A DNA stretch of 64,000 bases, from the NCBI GenBank assembly GCA_036336885.1, contig JAYZFG010000016.1, positions 74,524 through 138,523 of the forward strand, given 5' to 3'. The stretch is from Pseudomonadota bacterium (GTDB lineage: Bacteria > Pseudomonadota > Alphaproteobacteria > MPNO01 > UBA2964). This document shows positions 43,403-52,936 of this stretch, piece after piece (positions within the stretch are counted from its first letter, which is position 1; each line of letters begins with the position of its first letter). The notes under the pieces were generated by a model. That model was not told where the DNA came from. It was given only the letters and a program-made list of their open reading frames with translations, and ran no database searches. The position numbers and the translations under genes were made by a program.

Positions 43403-45238
43403 TTATAGCGATGCTAAATGTTCTGAGGCATTAAAATACGGCAAGTTATCTTGACTGGAACACCCCATGACGGCTAGGCGTTCAGCAATTCTGATGGCCT
43501 TTTGATATTTTCGTTCACTTTCATCTAATTCATGTTCTTCAAAGGCAGTTCCGCAGATCAGGATTCCGTAATGGGCTTGGACAGTTCTTATTTCGCGACC
43601 GGTTAGCATTCCATCAGCAATAATGGAAAGGTCAAATTCATCCTGTTTGATAATTTGGATTTCATTTTCAACAAGGTATTTACGGATCTTGGTTTCGGCT
43701 TTCAAAGCTATATCCCAATAATCCGATTCTGATCGAGTAGTTGTACCGGAGACAACGTCAAAAGCCATACAAAATGCTAGAAAAACTTGTTCTTTAGGCG
43801 TGGCTGTGCGCCAGGCAGTGCCTCCGAGGTTTCGCCATACTGAAAGATTCATTTCATCGAAAACCCTCGGAACACGGTCGAAGAAAAGTGTGTGAAGACG
43901 GTTTTCCGTTAATGAGCCGTCCTGTGTTTGCTCTTTATAGATGTCGATGGCCGCGTAGGTGCCGCATACTGGGCAGGTGTCATCTTCATATAAATTTTTT
44001 TTGTATATGTAAGAACAACGTGTTTTATTAGAAAGTTTGTTTTCGCAAAGTAGGTATGCATCTCTTCCTGCTTGACCGTCCTGTTGTTGGCCTACCCAAT
44101 TAAAACGGTTAGTAAACTGCATATATGATTTTCGATGGCTCCAAAGGCTCCATTCTAGTTTCTCAACAGGACCAAAGGTCGTCCAATTAGAACTGACGTC
44201 AATAATTACACATTTTTCTTTTTCGGGTGCCGAACGGAGACCACGGCCAACTGATTGGCCCCAAAGTACTTTTGATAGTGTTGGTCTAAGGTGAACAATG
44301 ATATTACAGTGAGGATTGTCCCAGCCTTCTGCTAACACGCCAACCGACACCATCGCCTCTACTTCACCGTTTTCATGCCCCCAGAGGAGCTTCATGCGTT
44401 CTTTTATCGGTGTTTTAGCTGTCACAATTTCCGCTGAAATATCAGCCTGGCGTATACGGAATAGTGTCTCCTCTGCGACGCTTATATCCGCGCAGAACCA
44501 GGCAGAGATGGGGCGCGGTGTTACCTTCTCACGTTCTTGAGCGTAGCTGGTCATTGCGTAGTCGATCATGGATGATTTTACGATAGCGGGAGCTAGTTTT
44601 GAGACCGGAAAATCACCAGAACTGATATCAATTCCGCTTAGGTCAAGATCATGTACAAAATGGGTCCGGTATACTGGGGGAACTAACACACCCTCTGCAA
44701 TCAAGTTTTCAATGTCGGCACAATCAATAATAGCATCGAAGGCCAAATTTAACTGATCTCGTTGGTCACCGGTCCGCCGCTCGGGTGAAGCGGTTAACCC
44801 TATTAGCTGGGCCTTATCTTTACCATGTTCTTTAAAATCATCGAGAATACGTTTGTAGCCCTTACCATTGGGCGAAACACGATGAGCTTCATCAACGATA
44901 ATTAAATCTGCTTTTGGAATGGCATCAGCCAATACATCCTTGGCGCGCATACTCGTGGAAAGCAGGATATCATAGCCTTCGAAAGCGGCCCCCGTATCCG
45001 ACACGGTTAATTTTCTGACGTTATGTTCGTCACGCAAAGCCCCCTCGAGTTGCTCAAGTAATACCAACCGATGACACAATACGATTACTTTTTGGTTTTG
45101 GTAAAAGCGCTTAATAAGTTCACTTGCGAGTACAGTTTTGCCTGCTCCGGTCGGCGCCTTTAGAATAAACCGTCGGTGCTCTTTAACGATTGATGGGAAT
45201 TGATCGATGATGTCTTGTTGCCAGGTTCTTAAGGGCAT
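43403..45238 (-). CDS. SF2 (ResIII/DEAH-type) helicase with an internal Zn-ribbon and an uncharacterised ~170-aa C-terminal domain
   Basis: Helicase motifs I APTGAGKT, II IVDEAH, III GLTASP and VI QSVGRGLR, then CENKLSNKTRC...CPVCG, then a region with no motif I recognise. Confidence 0.8.
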   Translation of the reverse strand: MPLRTWQQDIIDQFPSIVKEHRRFILKAPTGAGKTVLASELIKRFYQNQKVIVLCHRLVLLEQLEGALRDEHNVRKLTVSDTGAAFEGYDILLSTSMRAKDVLADAIPKADLIIVDEAHRVSPNGKGYKRILDDFKEHGKDKAQLIGLTASPERRTGDQRDQLNLAFDAIIDCADIENLIAEGVLVPPVYRTHFVHDLDLSGIDISSGDFPVSKLAPAIVKSSMIDYAMTSYAQEREKVTPRPISAWFCADISVAEETLFRIRQADISAEIVTAKTPIKERMKLLWGHENGEVEAMVSVGVLAEGWDNPHCNIIVHLRPTLSKVLWGQSVGRGLRSAPEKEKCVIIDVSSNWTTFGPVEKLEWSLWSHRKSYMQFTNRFNWVGQQQDGQAGRDAYLLCENKLSNKTRCSYIYKKNLYEDDTCPVCGTYAAIDIYKEQTQDGSLTENRLHTLFFDRVPRVFDEMNLSVWRNLGGTAWRTATPKEQVFLAFCMAFDVVSGTTTRSESDYWDIALKAETKIRKYLVENEIQIIKQDEFDLSIIADGMLTGREIRTVQAHYGILICGTAFEEHELDESERKYQKAIRIAERLAVMGCSSQDNLPYFNASEHLASL

Positions 45239-45476
45239 TTAACTACTTTTACAAAAAGATGGTTATTTCGTTCGCAGCCGAAAAATTTATCATCTTATAA
45301 CGGTCCATTAGCGCTATGTCTGCAAAAGAATGAAGATTACGTTAAAATTTTGTCAGATTTTTATTAATTGATGGCTTAAATATAGCGGAAAGTGCATAGC
45401 TTACCTTTAATGATTAAGTCAGTTCGATCTCGGTGCTTTAGGCTTCAGTAATTTCAATAATTTTCGAGAGTATTCA

Positions 45477-46370
45477 ATGAAATTTTTTACGAGCCAAAAA
45501 TCCGGATTCTGTTTTCTATTTGCGGGAATTCTCTCTTATGGCTGGTTGTGGCCAGTTATGTCTATGGGCGTGGATTATTTACCCCCACTTTGGTTTGCCA
45601 CTGGAAGGGTTTTTCTGGGTGCGCTCGTACTTCTGGCCATACTAGCAGTACGCGGGGAGTTAAAACGTCCCAGTCGATCAGATTTGCCCGCTATTTTAAG
45701 TGTTGGATTTTGTATGATGGGGTTCTACGTGTCCCTTGTTCATACAGCAATGATGTTTATTCCTGCAGGGCGTGGAGCATTGCTTGGCTACTCGACACCC
45801 CTGTGGGTTGCGCCAGCTGCAGTTTTAATATTTCGAGAGAAGATGACGGGGATGAGAGTATGTGGAGTCGTGCTCGGCCTTAGTGGTTTGGGAATTTTGT
45901 TTAATCCGTTAGAACTAGACTGGTCAGATAAGGGCGCCTGGTTGGGTAGCGGTATGTGTGTCCTTGCCGCGATCTCCTGGTCAATAGCAATACTCCAAAT
46001 GCGAGGTCATAAATGGCACCTAACGCCGCTACAACTTGGACCATGGCAGTTACTCCTCGCTACCGCTGTAACCCTCCCATTTTCAATTTGGGTTGAAGAT
46101 TACCGCACCCCTACATGGTCTATAGAATTGTGCGGATTACTCCTTTATGGCGGCGCTATCGGGACCGCGTTAGGCTTGTGGTCCATCGCCTCAGCAATTC
46201 AAAGGCTCGGGGCCTTGACCACCTCAGTTGGTCTGCTCGGAGGACCAATTGTGGCTCTAGCAACCAGTGTTATGTTTTTAGGAGAGGTATTGACGCTAAC
46301 CCTGGGCACGGGTTTAGTTTTAATTCTCGGTGGTATAGCACTTGTCACCTTGGGGGAGCAGCAAAATTGA
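45477..46370 (+). CDS. EamA/DMT-family transporter
   Basis: 297 aa with ten hydrophobic segments in two EamA-like halves. Confidence 0.8.
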   Translation: MKFFTSQKSGFCFLFAGILSYGWLWPVMSMGVDYLPPLWFATGRVFLGALVLLAILAVRGELKRPSRSDLPAILSVGFCMMGFYVSLVHTAMMFIPAGRGALLGYSTPLWVAPAAVLIFREKMTGMRVCGVVLGLSGLGILFNPLELDWSDKGAWLGSGMCVLAAISWSIAILQMRGHKWHLTPLQLGPWQLLLATAVTLPFSIWVEDYRTPTWSIELCGLLLYGGAIGTALGLWSIASAIQRLGALTTSVGLLGGPIVALATSVMFLGEVLTLTLGTGLVLILGGIALVTLGEQQN

Positions 46371-46435
46371 AAGACTAACGTCTTGCAATCCAGCGGCTGG
46401 TCGCGCATCAATAGATACATAGGAATGATTACAAA

Positions 46436-46969
46436 ATGAGGTATGTCATGCCGTTTTTACCATCACTCCCAGCAGATGCTGGTGTTCGTAAGTTATGGCA
46501 AGTCTTTAACCCGGAGGCTCATAAGGGTTTACAAATTTTTTCGCGTGCCTTTATGAGGCGGGAGGGAATGTTAACTGCGGCCGATAAAGAAATGATCGCC
46601 GCTTATGTTTCAAAACTGAACGATTCCGAGTATTGTTTTGCCGGTCACTCCCGTGTTGCTGTAAATCTTGGAACTGACCCTGAGGTATTCGAACCTTTGT
46701 CGGAAAGCATTGATGGCGCGCCGGTTAGAGACGAGCTCAAACCACTTCTTGAATATGTAAGAATTTTGACCCTTACACCTTCCAGGATCACCAAGGCTGA
46801 TGCCGATGCTGTATTAGCCGCGGGGTGGGATGAACAGTCTTTTCATGAAGCAATTATCGTTTGTGCCCGTTTTGCAATGATGAACCGCATTACACTTGGG
46901 CACGGTTTAGTTGTTGATGAGGAGAGGCGTGCAAGTGATGCCCTTAACATGAACTACGGAGCAAACTAA
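46436..46969 (+). CDS. AhpD/carboxymuconolactone decarboxylase-like (peroxidase-related) protein
   Basis: EYCFAGHS motif and a helical composition. Its stop lies 1 nt before the next gene's ATG. Confidence 0.65.
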   Translation: MRYVMPFLPSLPADAGVRKLWQVFNPEAHKGLQIFSRAFMRREGMLTAADKEMIAAYVSKLNDSEYCFAGHSRVAVNLGTDPEVFEPLSESIDGAPVRDELKPLLEYVRILTLTPSRITKADADAVLAAGWDEQSFHEAIIVCARFAMMNRITLGHGLVVDEERRASDALNMNYGAN

Positions 46970-46970
46970 G

Positions 46971-47813
46971 ATGTCCACCTTTCCAATTCCCGAAATTTCT
47001 TTAGATGGGCGGGTTGTAATTATGACAGGTGGCGATAGGGGATTAGGGTTTTCTATGGCCAAAGCATTGTCCCAGTGTGGGGCCCGTTTGGTAATTGCCT
47101 CGACTGATGAAGAGGGGTGCATTCGGGCTTCTGTCGAACTGAATGAAGCCGCGGGAGCTGAGAATGCCATAGCTGCGACGACAGATATCTTGGACCTTAA
47201 TCAGTGCCGCGATACCGTAAAAAAAACTATTGAGAATTTCGGGCGTTGCGATGTCCTCTTTAATAATGCTCGAAGGCTGATGCGGGGGCCGGGTTTGCCA
47301 ACGCAGGGTAACTCTCTACCTTTTTACGAAACCGATCCGGAAATATATCAGCAAACGGTACAGGTAAATGTCATCGGGACATTCTTTATGGCTCGGGCCG
47401 CTGTCGAACATTTTCGTGCAAAAGGATCCGGTAAAATAATCAATATTTCCACTTCAAGGAGAAACTTTTCGGGGCCACGAAATTCACCATATGGGGTTAC
47501 CAAGGCAGCAGTCGAGTCCGAAACGCTGATCTGGGCTAGAGACCTTGATGGAACTGGAATTACTGTTAATGCACTATTACCTGGAGGGTCAGCGGATACG
47601 GATCCGAACAGGCCGAAAGATCCCAGTAAAGTACTTTTGCCGGTTGATATTATGGACCCACTTGCGGTTTGGCTGGCTTCTAGTTGTTCTGATACAGCTA
47701 ACGGTTGTCGATTTGTTGGAAAATTGTGGGACCCTAATATTTCACTGGATGCGGCCGCAGACGGCGCGCGCGAAGAGCCTGTCTTTTTGGAACAGCAATC
47801 CGAAGCAAATTAA
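46971..47813 (+). CDS. Short-chain dehydrogenase/reductase
   Basis: TGGDRGLG cofactor motif, NNA, and a Y..TKAA catalytic region (SPYGVTKAA). Confidence 0.8.
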   Translation: MSTFPIPEISLDGRVVIMTGGDRGLGFSMAKALSQCGARLVIASTDEEGCIRASVELNEAAGAENAIAATTDILDLNQCRDTVKKTIENFGRCDVLFNNARRLMRGPGLPTQGNSLPFYETDPEIYQQTVQVNVIGTFFMARAAVEHFRAKGSGKIINISTSRRNFSGPRNSPYGVTKAAVESETLIWARDLDGTGITVNALLPGGSADTDPNRPKDPSKVLLPVDIMDPLAVWLASSCSDTANGCRFVGKLWDPNISLDAAADGAREEPVFLEQQSEAN

Positions 47814-47826
47814 ATTATAAAATATT

Positions 47827-48987
47827 TTAGGGGAGACCGAGAACCCGTTTCGCTGTGATATTGCGCTGGATCTCACTAGATCCAGCATAAATTGTTATGC
47901 GCCGGACCTCGCGCCACAGGACGGAAACGTCTACAGGGCCCTCTTCCGTTTCCATTGGTTCCACATCCGCTGCATGATCTCCCGCTGCTTCAAACATTAA
48001 GTCGGCGATGCGTTGAATGTTCTCCGTAGCAACAATCTTCATAAAGGAAGAGCCTGCTCCTATATCCATTCCTGCCTTGGCTTGCTGGACAGCATGTGAA
48101 AAAACCGCTGACTGGGCCAGAACATCCAGTTCAAGACCAACCACCTTATCCTTAAAGACCGGGTTATTAATGGCGCCGGTTGCATTCGCGACACGCTGTA
48201 ACTTATCCAAACATTGAAGTGCCATTTGAGGATTGGCATTCCCAATGCGTTCGGATGCGAGGAGAGCCTTTGCGACCGACCAGCCGTTGTTCAACTCACC
48301 AACAAGATTGGTTGCTGGGATACGGACGTCATCAAAGAAAACCTCAGCGAACTCTTCATCATCTGCGATCGTTTTAATTGGGCGAATGGTTATACCTGAA
48401 GTCTTTAAATCAATAAGTACCATTGAAATGCCAGCCTGTTTCTTGAGGGCATCAGGGTTGGTCCGAATAAGAGCGTACATCCAGTCGGCGAAATGGCCTC
48501 CGGTCGTCCATATTTTTTGGCCGTTTATAACAATATCTTCGCCATCAACGTCACCCCGAGTTTTAAGGCTTGCGAGATCAGATCCAGAGCCTGGTTCAGA
48601 GTAACCCTGGCACCACATTACTTCCCCTGAGAGCATTCCAGGCAAGTGCTCAGATCTTTGTGCGTCGGTGCCGTGACGCATTAAGATAGGCCCGATGTGG
48701 CCCAAAGCTTGACGGGATAGAATAGGAGCGCCCGCGCGGCCAAGCTCCTCCTGGAGAATTAGCTGTTCGGATATGCTTGCCTCCATTCCCCCGTATTCTT
48801 TGGGCCAATGGGGAGCAATCCACCCCTGTTCGTATAGTTTGAAGTGCCAAGGTTGGATCATATCTCTAGGCGGCCGGGTCGACCAGCCGCGAAGGTTGTC
48901 AGGAAGATTTTTTGTTAACCAGTTACGAACTTTAGCCCGAAATTTGGCATCTTCCTGACTATCTACAAGAAAACTTAATGAAGTCAT
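47827..48987 (-). CDS. Acyl-CoA dehydrogenase
   Basis: W.QGYSEPGSGSD, the GQKIWTTG-like stretch INGQKIWTTGG, and the C-terminal IYAGSSEIQRNI. Confidence 0.9.
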   Translation of the reverse strand: MTSLSFLVDSQEDAKFRAKVRNWLTKNLPDNLRGWSTRPPRDMIQPWHFKLYEQGWIAPHWPKEYGGMEASISEQLILQEELGRAGAPILSRQALGHIGPILMRHGTDAQRSEHLPGMLSGEVMWCQGYSEPGSGSDLASLKTRGDVDGEDIVINGQKIWTTGGHFADWMYALIRTNPDALKKQAGISMVLIDLKTSGITIRPIKTIADDEEFAEVFFDDVRIPATNLVGELNNGWSVAKALLASERIGNANPQMALQCLDKLQRVANATGAINNPVFKDKVVGLELDVLAQSAVFSHAVQQAKAGMDIGAGSSFMKIVATENIQRIADLMFEAAGDHAADVEPMETEEGPVDVSVLWREVRRITIYAGSSEIQRNITAKRVLGLP

Positions 48988-48993
48988 TGTTGA

Positions 48994-49410
48994 TTACCGG
49001 TCCGGTTCAAAAGCAAAATATTCAAATTCATCATTTATTTTATCCCAACAAAGTCGAACAGGCGTACCAATTTTGACGCTTTCATTAGGACAGTTGTGCA
49101 GTAGGCTCATTATCCTCACGCCTTCTTCAAGATTTACAGCGACGATCATGTAAGGTTCTTCCCCTTCAAAACCTCTCGCCGGAATCACTGTCTCGGTATA
49201 TGAATAAATAGTCCCTTTTCCAGAAACCTCTCGCCACTCCAGATCTTGTTTTCCTGTATGAACACTCAAACCCCGCGGATAGAACTGATATTTGTCTGCA
49301 ACCGAATCATACTGGAGGAGAAATTTGTGCTCGTTGATGCCATCCCAAAAAGGCTGCGTAATATTAGTTGGCGTGGGCGCCGGGCGGGGTTTTTTATCAC
49401 GTTTTGCCAT
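48994..49410 (-). CDS. DUF35 OB-fold protein (thiolase-associated), Zn-ribbon cysteines absent
   Basis: QPFWDGINEHKFLLQ...., SGKGTIYSYT and an OB-fold tail. Start at ATG 49410 overlaps the upstream gene's stop (TAATG); the ORF-track start at 49485 runs into that gene. Confidence 0.75.
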   Translation of the reverse strand: MAKRDKKPRPAPTPTNITQPFWDGINEHKFLLQYDSVADKYQFYPRGLSVHTGKQDLEWREVSGKGTIYSYTETVIPARGFEGEEPYMIVAVNLEEGVRIMSLLHNCPNESVKIGTPVRLCWDKINDEFEYFAFEPDR

Positions 49411-50591
49411 TATCCTCGCTCCAAAATCAGTACGGCACTGGTACCCCAATTGCGGACATATGGGATAACGCCAATTCCTGTGCACATGGCAGTGGAAGGA
49501 TTTGGCACTTGACGATCAGTTGCCTCACCAAACAGCTGGCGCAATGCTTCAATTATATTGAGCTGTCCCCCCGCTAATCCCGGTTGACCAGCCGAAATTT
49601 GGCCACCACCTGTGTTAATCGGCAATGTCCCGCTGGGAGAGATATCAGTTGATAGTAAAAAGTCAGAACCCTCCCCGCGCGAGCAGAATCCTATCTGTTC
49701 AAGTTGCAGCATTTCAGCAATCAGGAAGTCATCATAGGGATGGAACATATCAATATCATCTGTTGACATGCCCGCTTTTTCGAGAGCTTGTGGCCCGGCC
49801 ACACCAAATCCCGTCTCTGTTATATCTGGTAACTGGTCATGAATATTAAAGTTCGTGAGCTCTGCATAGGAGATTGGATGGGCAATATTTTTTAATCCTA
49901 ATTTTTTAGCCTTCTCAGTTGAGGTAATGATGATCGCGTTTCCTCCATCGCAAGGCATCACTGAATCCAGTAAACGCAGTGGAGTTGAAACCATGCGTGC
50001 ATTTAGATAGTCATCGACCGTTATTGGTTTACGCAACCCTTCCACCGCAAAGTCATTCACAAGGGCACCATTTCGCTGTGCCACGGCAAGCTTACCTAAA
50101 GCCTCAAACTTTAAATCATACTCATGCATGTAACGGTGCATTATTAACCCGAATGCACCAGGGGGGCCTTGTATGCCAGTTGGGTTACGAAATTCTGATC
50201 TGTAGGAACGTTGGTCGTCGACCCGCCGCGTTGTCGGGACGGCGGCCGCAATGGATAGAACAGTTTCGCAATAGCCTGACTGGATGGCGGCAGCGGCGCG
50301 AGCAACATTTCCAGGCATAGATGCTCCACCGATATCAGTTGTTTGGGTCCAGGAAGTTTGTAATCCCAGATGATCCCCAAGGTAATTTGACCAGAAATTA
50401 TTGCCGGCCTCGCTCGAAGGAAGGACAGTCGACATACCGTCAATATCCTTAGTACTAAGGCCTGTATATTCTAATACCCGAGAAGTTGCTTCGGCTGCAA
50501 CATCGTAGGTTGAACGCCCCGAGCGACGAACATTCTTGACCTCACCATAGCCTATTATGGCAATTTCTTTATTTGCCAAAGGATTTAACAT
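49410..50591 (-). CDS. Thiolase-fold (SCP-x/Ltp-like) protein, canonical catalytic Cys/His apparently substituted
   Basis: IAIIGYGE start, GGASMPGNVARAAAAIQSG, and NTGGGQISAGQPGLAGG...QLFGEA..RQV, which are typical of lipid-transfer-protein-type thiolases. Confidence 0.8.
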   Translation of the reverse strand: MLNPLANKEIAIIGYGEVKNVRRSGRSTYDVAAEATSRVLEYTGLSTKDIDGMSTVLPSSEAGNNFWSNYLGDHLGLQTSWTQTTDIGGASMPGNVARAAAAIQSGYCETVLSIAAAVPTTRRVDDQRSYRSEFRNPTGIQGPPGAFGLIMHRYMHEYDLKFEALGKLAVAQRNGALVNDFAVEGLRKPITVDDYLNARMVSTPLRLLDSVMPCDGGNAIIITSTEKAKKLGLKNIAHPISYAELTNFNIHDQLPDITETGFGVAGPQALEKAGMSTDDIDMFHPYDDFLIAEMLQLEQIGFCSRGEGSDFLLSTDISPSGTLPINTGGGQISAGQPGLAGGQLNIIEALRQLFGEATDRQVPNPSTAMCTGIGVIPYVRNWGTSAVLILERG

Positions 50592-50739
50592 TTTTATAGC
50601 CGGCTTGTTTCTTCCTGAAATATTAGCCTACGCCCGGTTGAAATTCTGTCAATGGCTGACAAGCCGTTGCAAACAGGTAAAGGCTGCGCGAATATCTGAG
50701 CGGAATGTATAAAGAAGGAAGAGAAAAGAAAGAAAAGAT

Positions 50740-52932
50740 ATGGAAGGAGAGTCTACGAGTAAAGTTGGTGCCCTTTTAAACCCGCAAAGTGTCGCAATCC
50801 TTGGTGCCCGCGAAAATCCAATGGATTGGACGGCGCGTATTTTTGCTAACTACAAGCGCTTTAATTTCAATGGTCCTGTTTGGCCGGTAAATCCACGTTT
50901 AAAAGAAATCTGGGGAGTGCAATGTTATCCAGGTCTATCTGATCTTCCTGAAACTCCGGATCATCTTGTTGTCATGCGTGCAGCGAATTCTGTCTGTGGC
51001 ATTTTACGTGAGGCGGCTTCTATGGGTACCCGCAGTGCAACCATTTATGCAGCGGGATTTTCCGAACTCGGAACAGAAAGGGGTGTCGCATTAGAAAATG
51101 AGCTCCGCGGCGTTATTGAAGAAACTGGTATGGCGGTATGTGGCCCCAATTGTCTTGGCAGCCTATCAGCAAAAGGAAGGTCACTGTCCCTTCCCGACGA
51201 CCGAATTCGAGAGCTGGTTACGGGTCCAGTTGCCATGGTGGGACAAAGCGGAACCACGACGCCCGGCATTGGACGGACGCTAATTGATCGCGGTATTGAC
51301 GTTGGATACATTGTTACTAGCGGTAATGAGGTCGGGCTTACGACAGCGGATTATATAAATTATTTTGTTGAGGACCCTGATGTAAAACTTGTTTTCTGTC
51401 TCATTGAAGCTGTTCGACAGCCAAAGGACTTTCTGGCAGCCTGCCGCCGTGCACGTGACGCAGGAAAGCCTGTTGTAGCACTCAAGATGGGCGTTTCCGC
51501 AGGAGGAAGGGCGGCAGCATTGGCGCATACAGGCTCAATGGCAGGAGCCATTGAGGCATTTGATGCAGTGGCGGGCGACGCGGGAGTTATTAGGGTTGAA
51601 AGCGGCGATGCGGCCATTGATTTAATTGAGCTGTTAGTTAATGCCGGGTTACCGGATAAAAATAATATTGGTGTCTTAGTTTACTCGGGTGGCGTGCGAG
51701 GTTTGTCTCTGGATGCTGCCGATCGCCATGGTGTTCCCTTGCCGGAGTATTCATCTGAGGCAACGGCCAAGTTTAGAGAAATTTTAGGTGATGATTTACG
51801 AGTAACAAATCCACTCGATGCTCCGGGTTTTATGAACCAGAAGCTGGAAACGATCATTGATATGGTATCTGCCATACAAAATGATCCAAATGTTGGGATG
51901 ATTTTATTTCAGGAAGACCTTCCGCCCAGCGAAGGCTTCAATGATGCCAATAAAAGAAGAACCAAACGCGTGTTAGATACGATGATTGGCTTTCAAGAAA
52001 ATTTTCTCAACAAAGGTGGAAAACCAATTGGGTTGATATCGCCCACTTCGGGTGACTTGACGACATTTAGCAGGGAAGAGCGTAAAAAATTTCCAAATAT
52101 TCCTGTCCTCAATGAACCGGATAGAGCCTTCAAAGCGCTCCGGGCGGCCTTCAATTACAGAGACAGACTTCGGGAATCTCAAAAACATCACGAATTCATA
52201 ATTGGTAAAAGTAGTGCCCTAATTAAAGAGGCGCTCAGAAATAAACCCGACGCCGATTCATTCGCTTTGAACGAATTAAGATCGAAAGAACTCATAACCT
52301 CCTACGGACTAAAAATCCCGAATGAGAAATTTGCTACAACGCCGGAACAGGCAGCAGACCTTGCTGAGGCAATAGGATACCCTGTAGTGATAAAAGGCGT
52401 TTCTGCCGCGATGACCCATAAATCTGACGCAGGGGCAGTAATACTCAACCAAAAAGATCGTGTGGAAGTGCAAACTGCTTGTGAACGAATTGCTTTAAAC
52501 GTCAAAAAATATGATCCATCCATAGTGCTGGAGGGCTGGCTGGTGGCGCAAGTTATCCCAAAGGGTCTTGAGTTGGTAATTGGTATCCAGAATGACCCGG
52601 AGATGGGCCCTGTTATTATGTTTGGCCTTGGGGGCGTTTGGCTTGAAATTATCAAAGATGTTTCTTTTTGCAGTCCCGGCATGAGCCGCGAGCGGGCTGA
52701 AAGGTTAATATATGATACGCGTGCCGGGCATATGATTGATGGTTACAGGGGTGAGAAACCATATGATCGTGACGCTATAATCGATGCCCTTGTTTCTGTT
52801 GGGCAGTTAGCCGCTGATAATTTTGACACCATAGAATCACTGGATGTTAATCCCTTTGTAGCGATGCCATCTGGGCAGGGGGCTTTTGCTCTTGATGCCC
52901 TGGTTGTTTTGAAGACAAAAAACATGGAATGA
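50740..52932 (+). CDS. ADP-forming (NDP-forming) acyl-CoA synthetase, fused alpha/beta
   Basis: 730 aa. It has a CoA-binding N-domain (SVAILGAREN), a succinyl-CoA-ligase-like flavodoxin domain (GPNCLG, SQSG-like GQSGT) and a C-terminal ATP-grasp (YPVVIKG.S....HKSDAGAV.LN). Confidence 0.85.
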   Translation: MEGESTSKVGALLNPQSVAILGARENPMDWTARIFANYKRFNFNGPVWPVNPRLKEIWGVQCYPGLSDLPETPDHLVVMRAANSVCGILREAASMGTRSATIYAAGFSELGTERGVALENELRGVIEETGMAVCGPNCLGSLSAKGRSLSLPDDRIRELVTGPVAMVGQSGTTTPGIGRTLIDRGIDVGYIVTSGNEVGLTTADYINYFVEDPDVKLVFCLIEAVRQPKDFLAACRRARDAGKPVVALKMGVSAGGRAAALAHTGSMAGAIEAFDAVAGDAGVIRVESGDAAIDLIELLVNAGLPDKNNIGVLVYSGGVRGLSLDAADRHGVPLPEYSSEATAKFREILGDDLRVTNPLDAPGFMNQKLETIIDMVSAIQNDPNVGMILFQEDLPPSEGFNDANKRRTKRVLDTMIGFQENFLNKGGKPIGLISPTSGDLTTFSREERKKFPNIPVLNEPDRAFKALRAAFNYRDRLRESQKHHEFIIGKSSALIKEALRNKPDADSFALNELRSKELITSYGLKIPNEKFATTPEQAADLAEAIGYPVVIKGVSAAMTHKSDAGAVILNQKDRVEVQTACERIALNVKKYDPSIVLEGWLVAQVIPKGLELVIGIQNDPEMGPVIMFGLGGVWLEIIKDVSFCSPGMSRERAERLIYDTRAGHMIDGYRGEKPYDRDAIIDALVSVGQLAADNFDTIESLDVNPFVAMPSGQGAFALDALVVLKTKNME

Positions 52933-52936
52933 AAAT

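Noticed and set aside
43403-45238. The helicase as part of a type I or type III restriction-modification system or a multi-gene defence system.
   Set aside because: No methyltransferase, specificity subunit, nuclease or other partner ORF lies on either side. The flanks are nrdB (with its own terminator) and an EamA transporter. Only a single-gene hypothesis remains.
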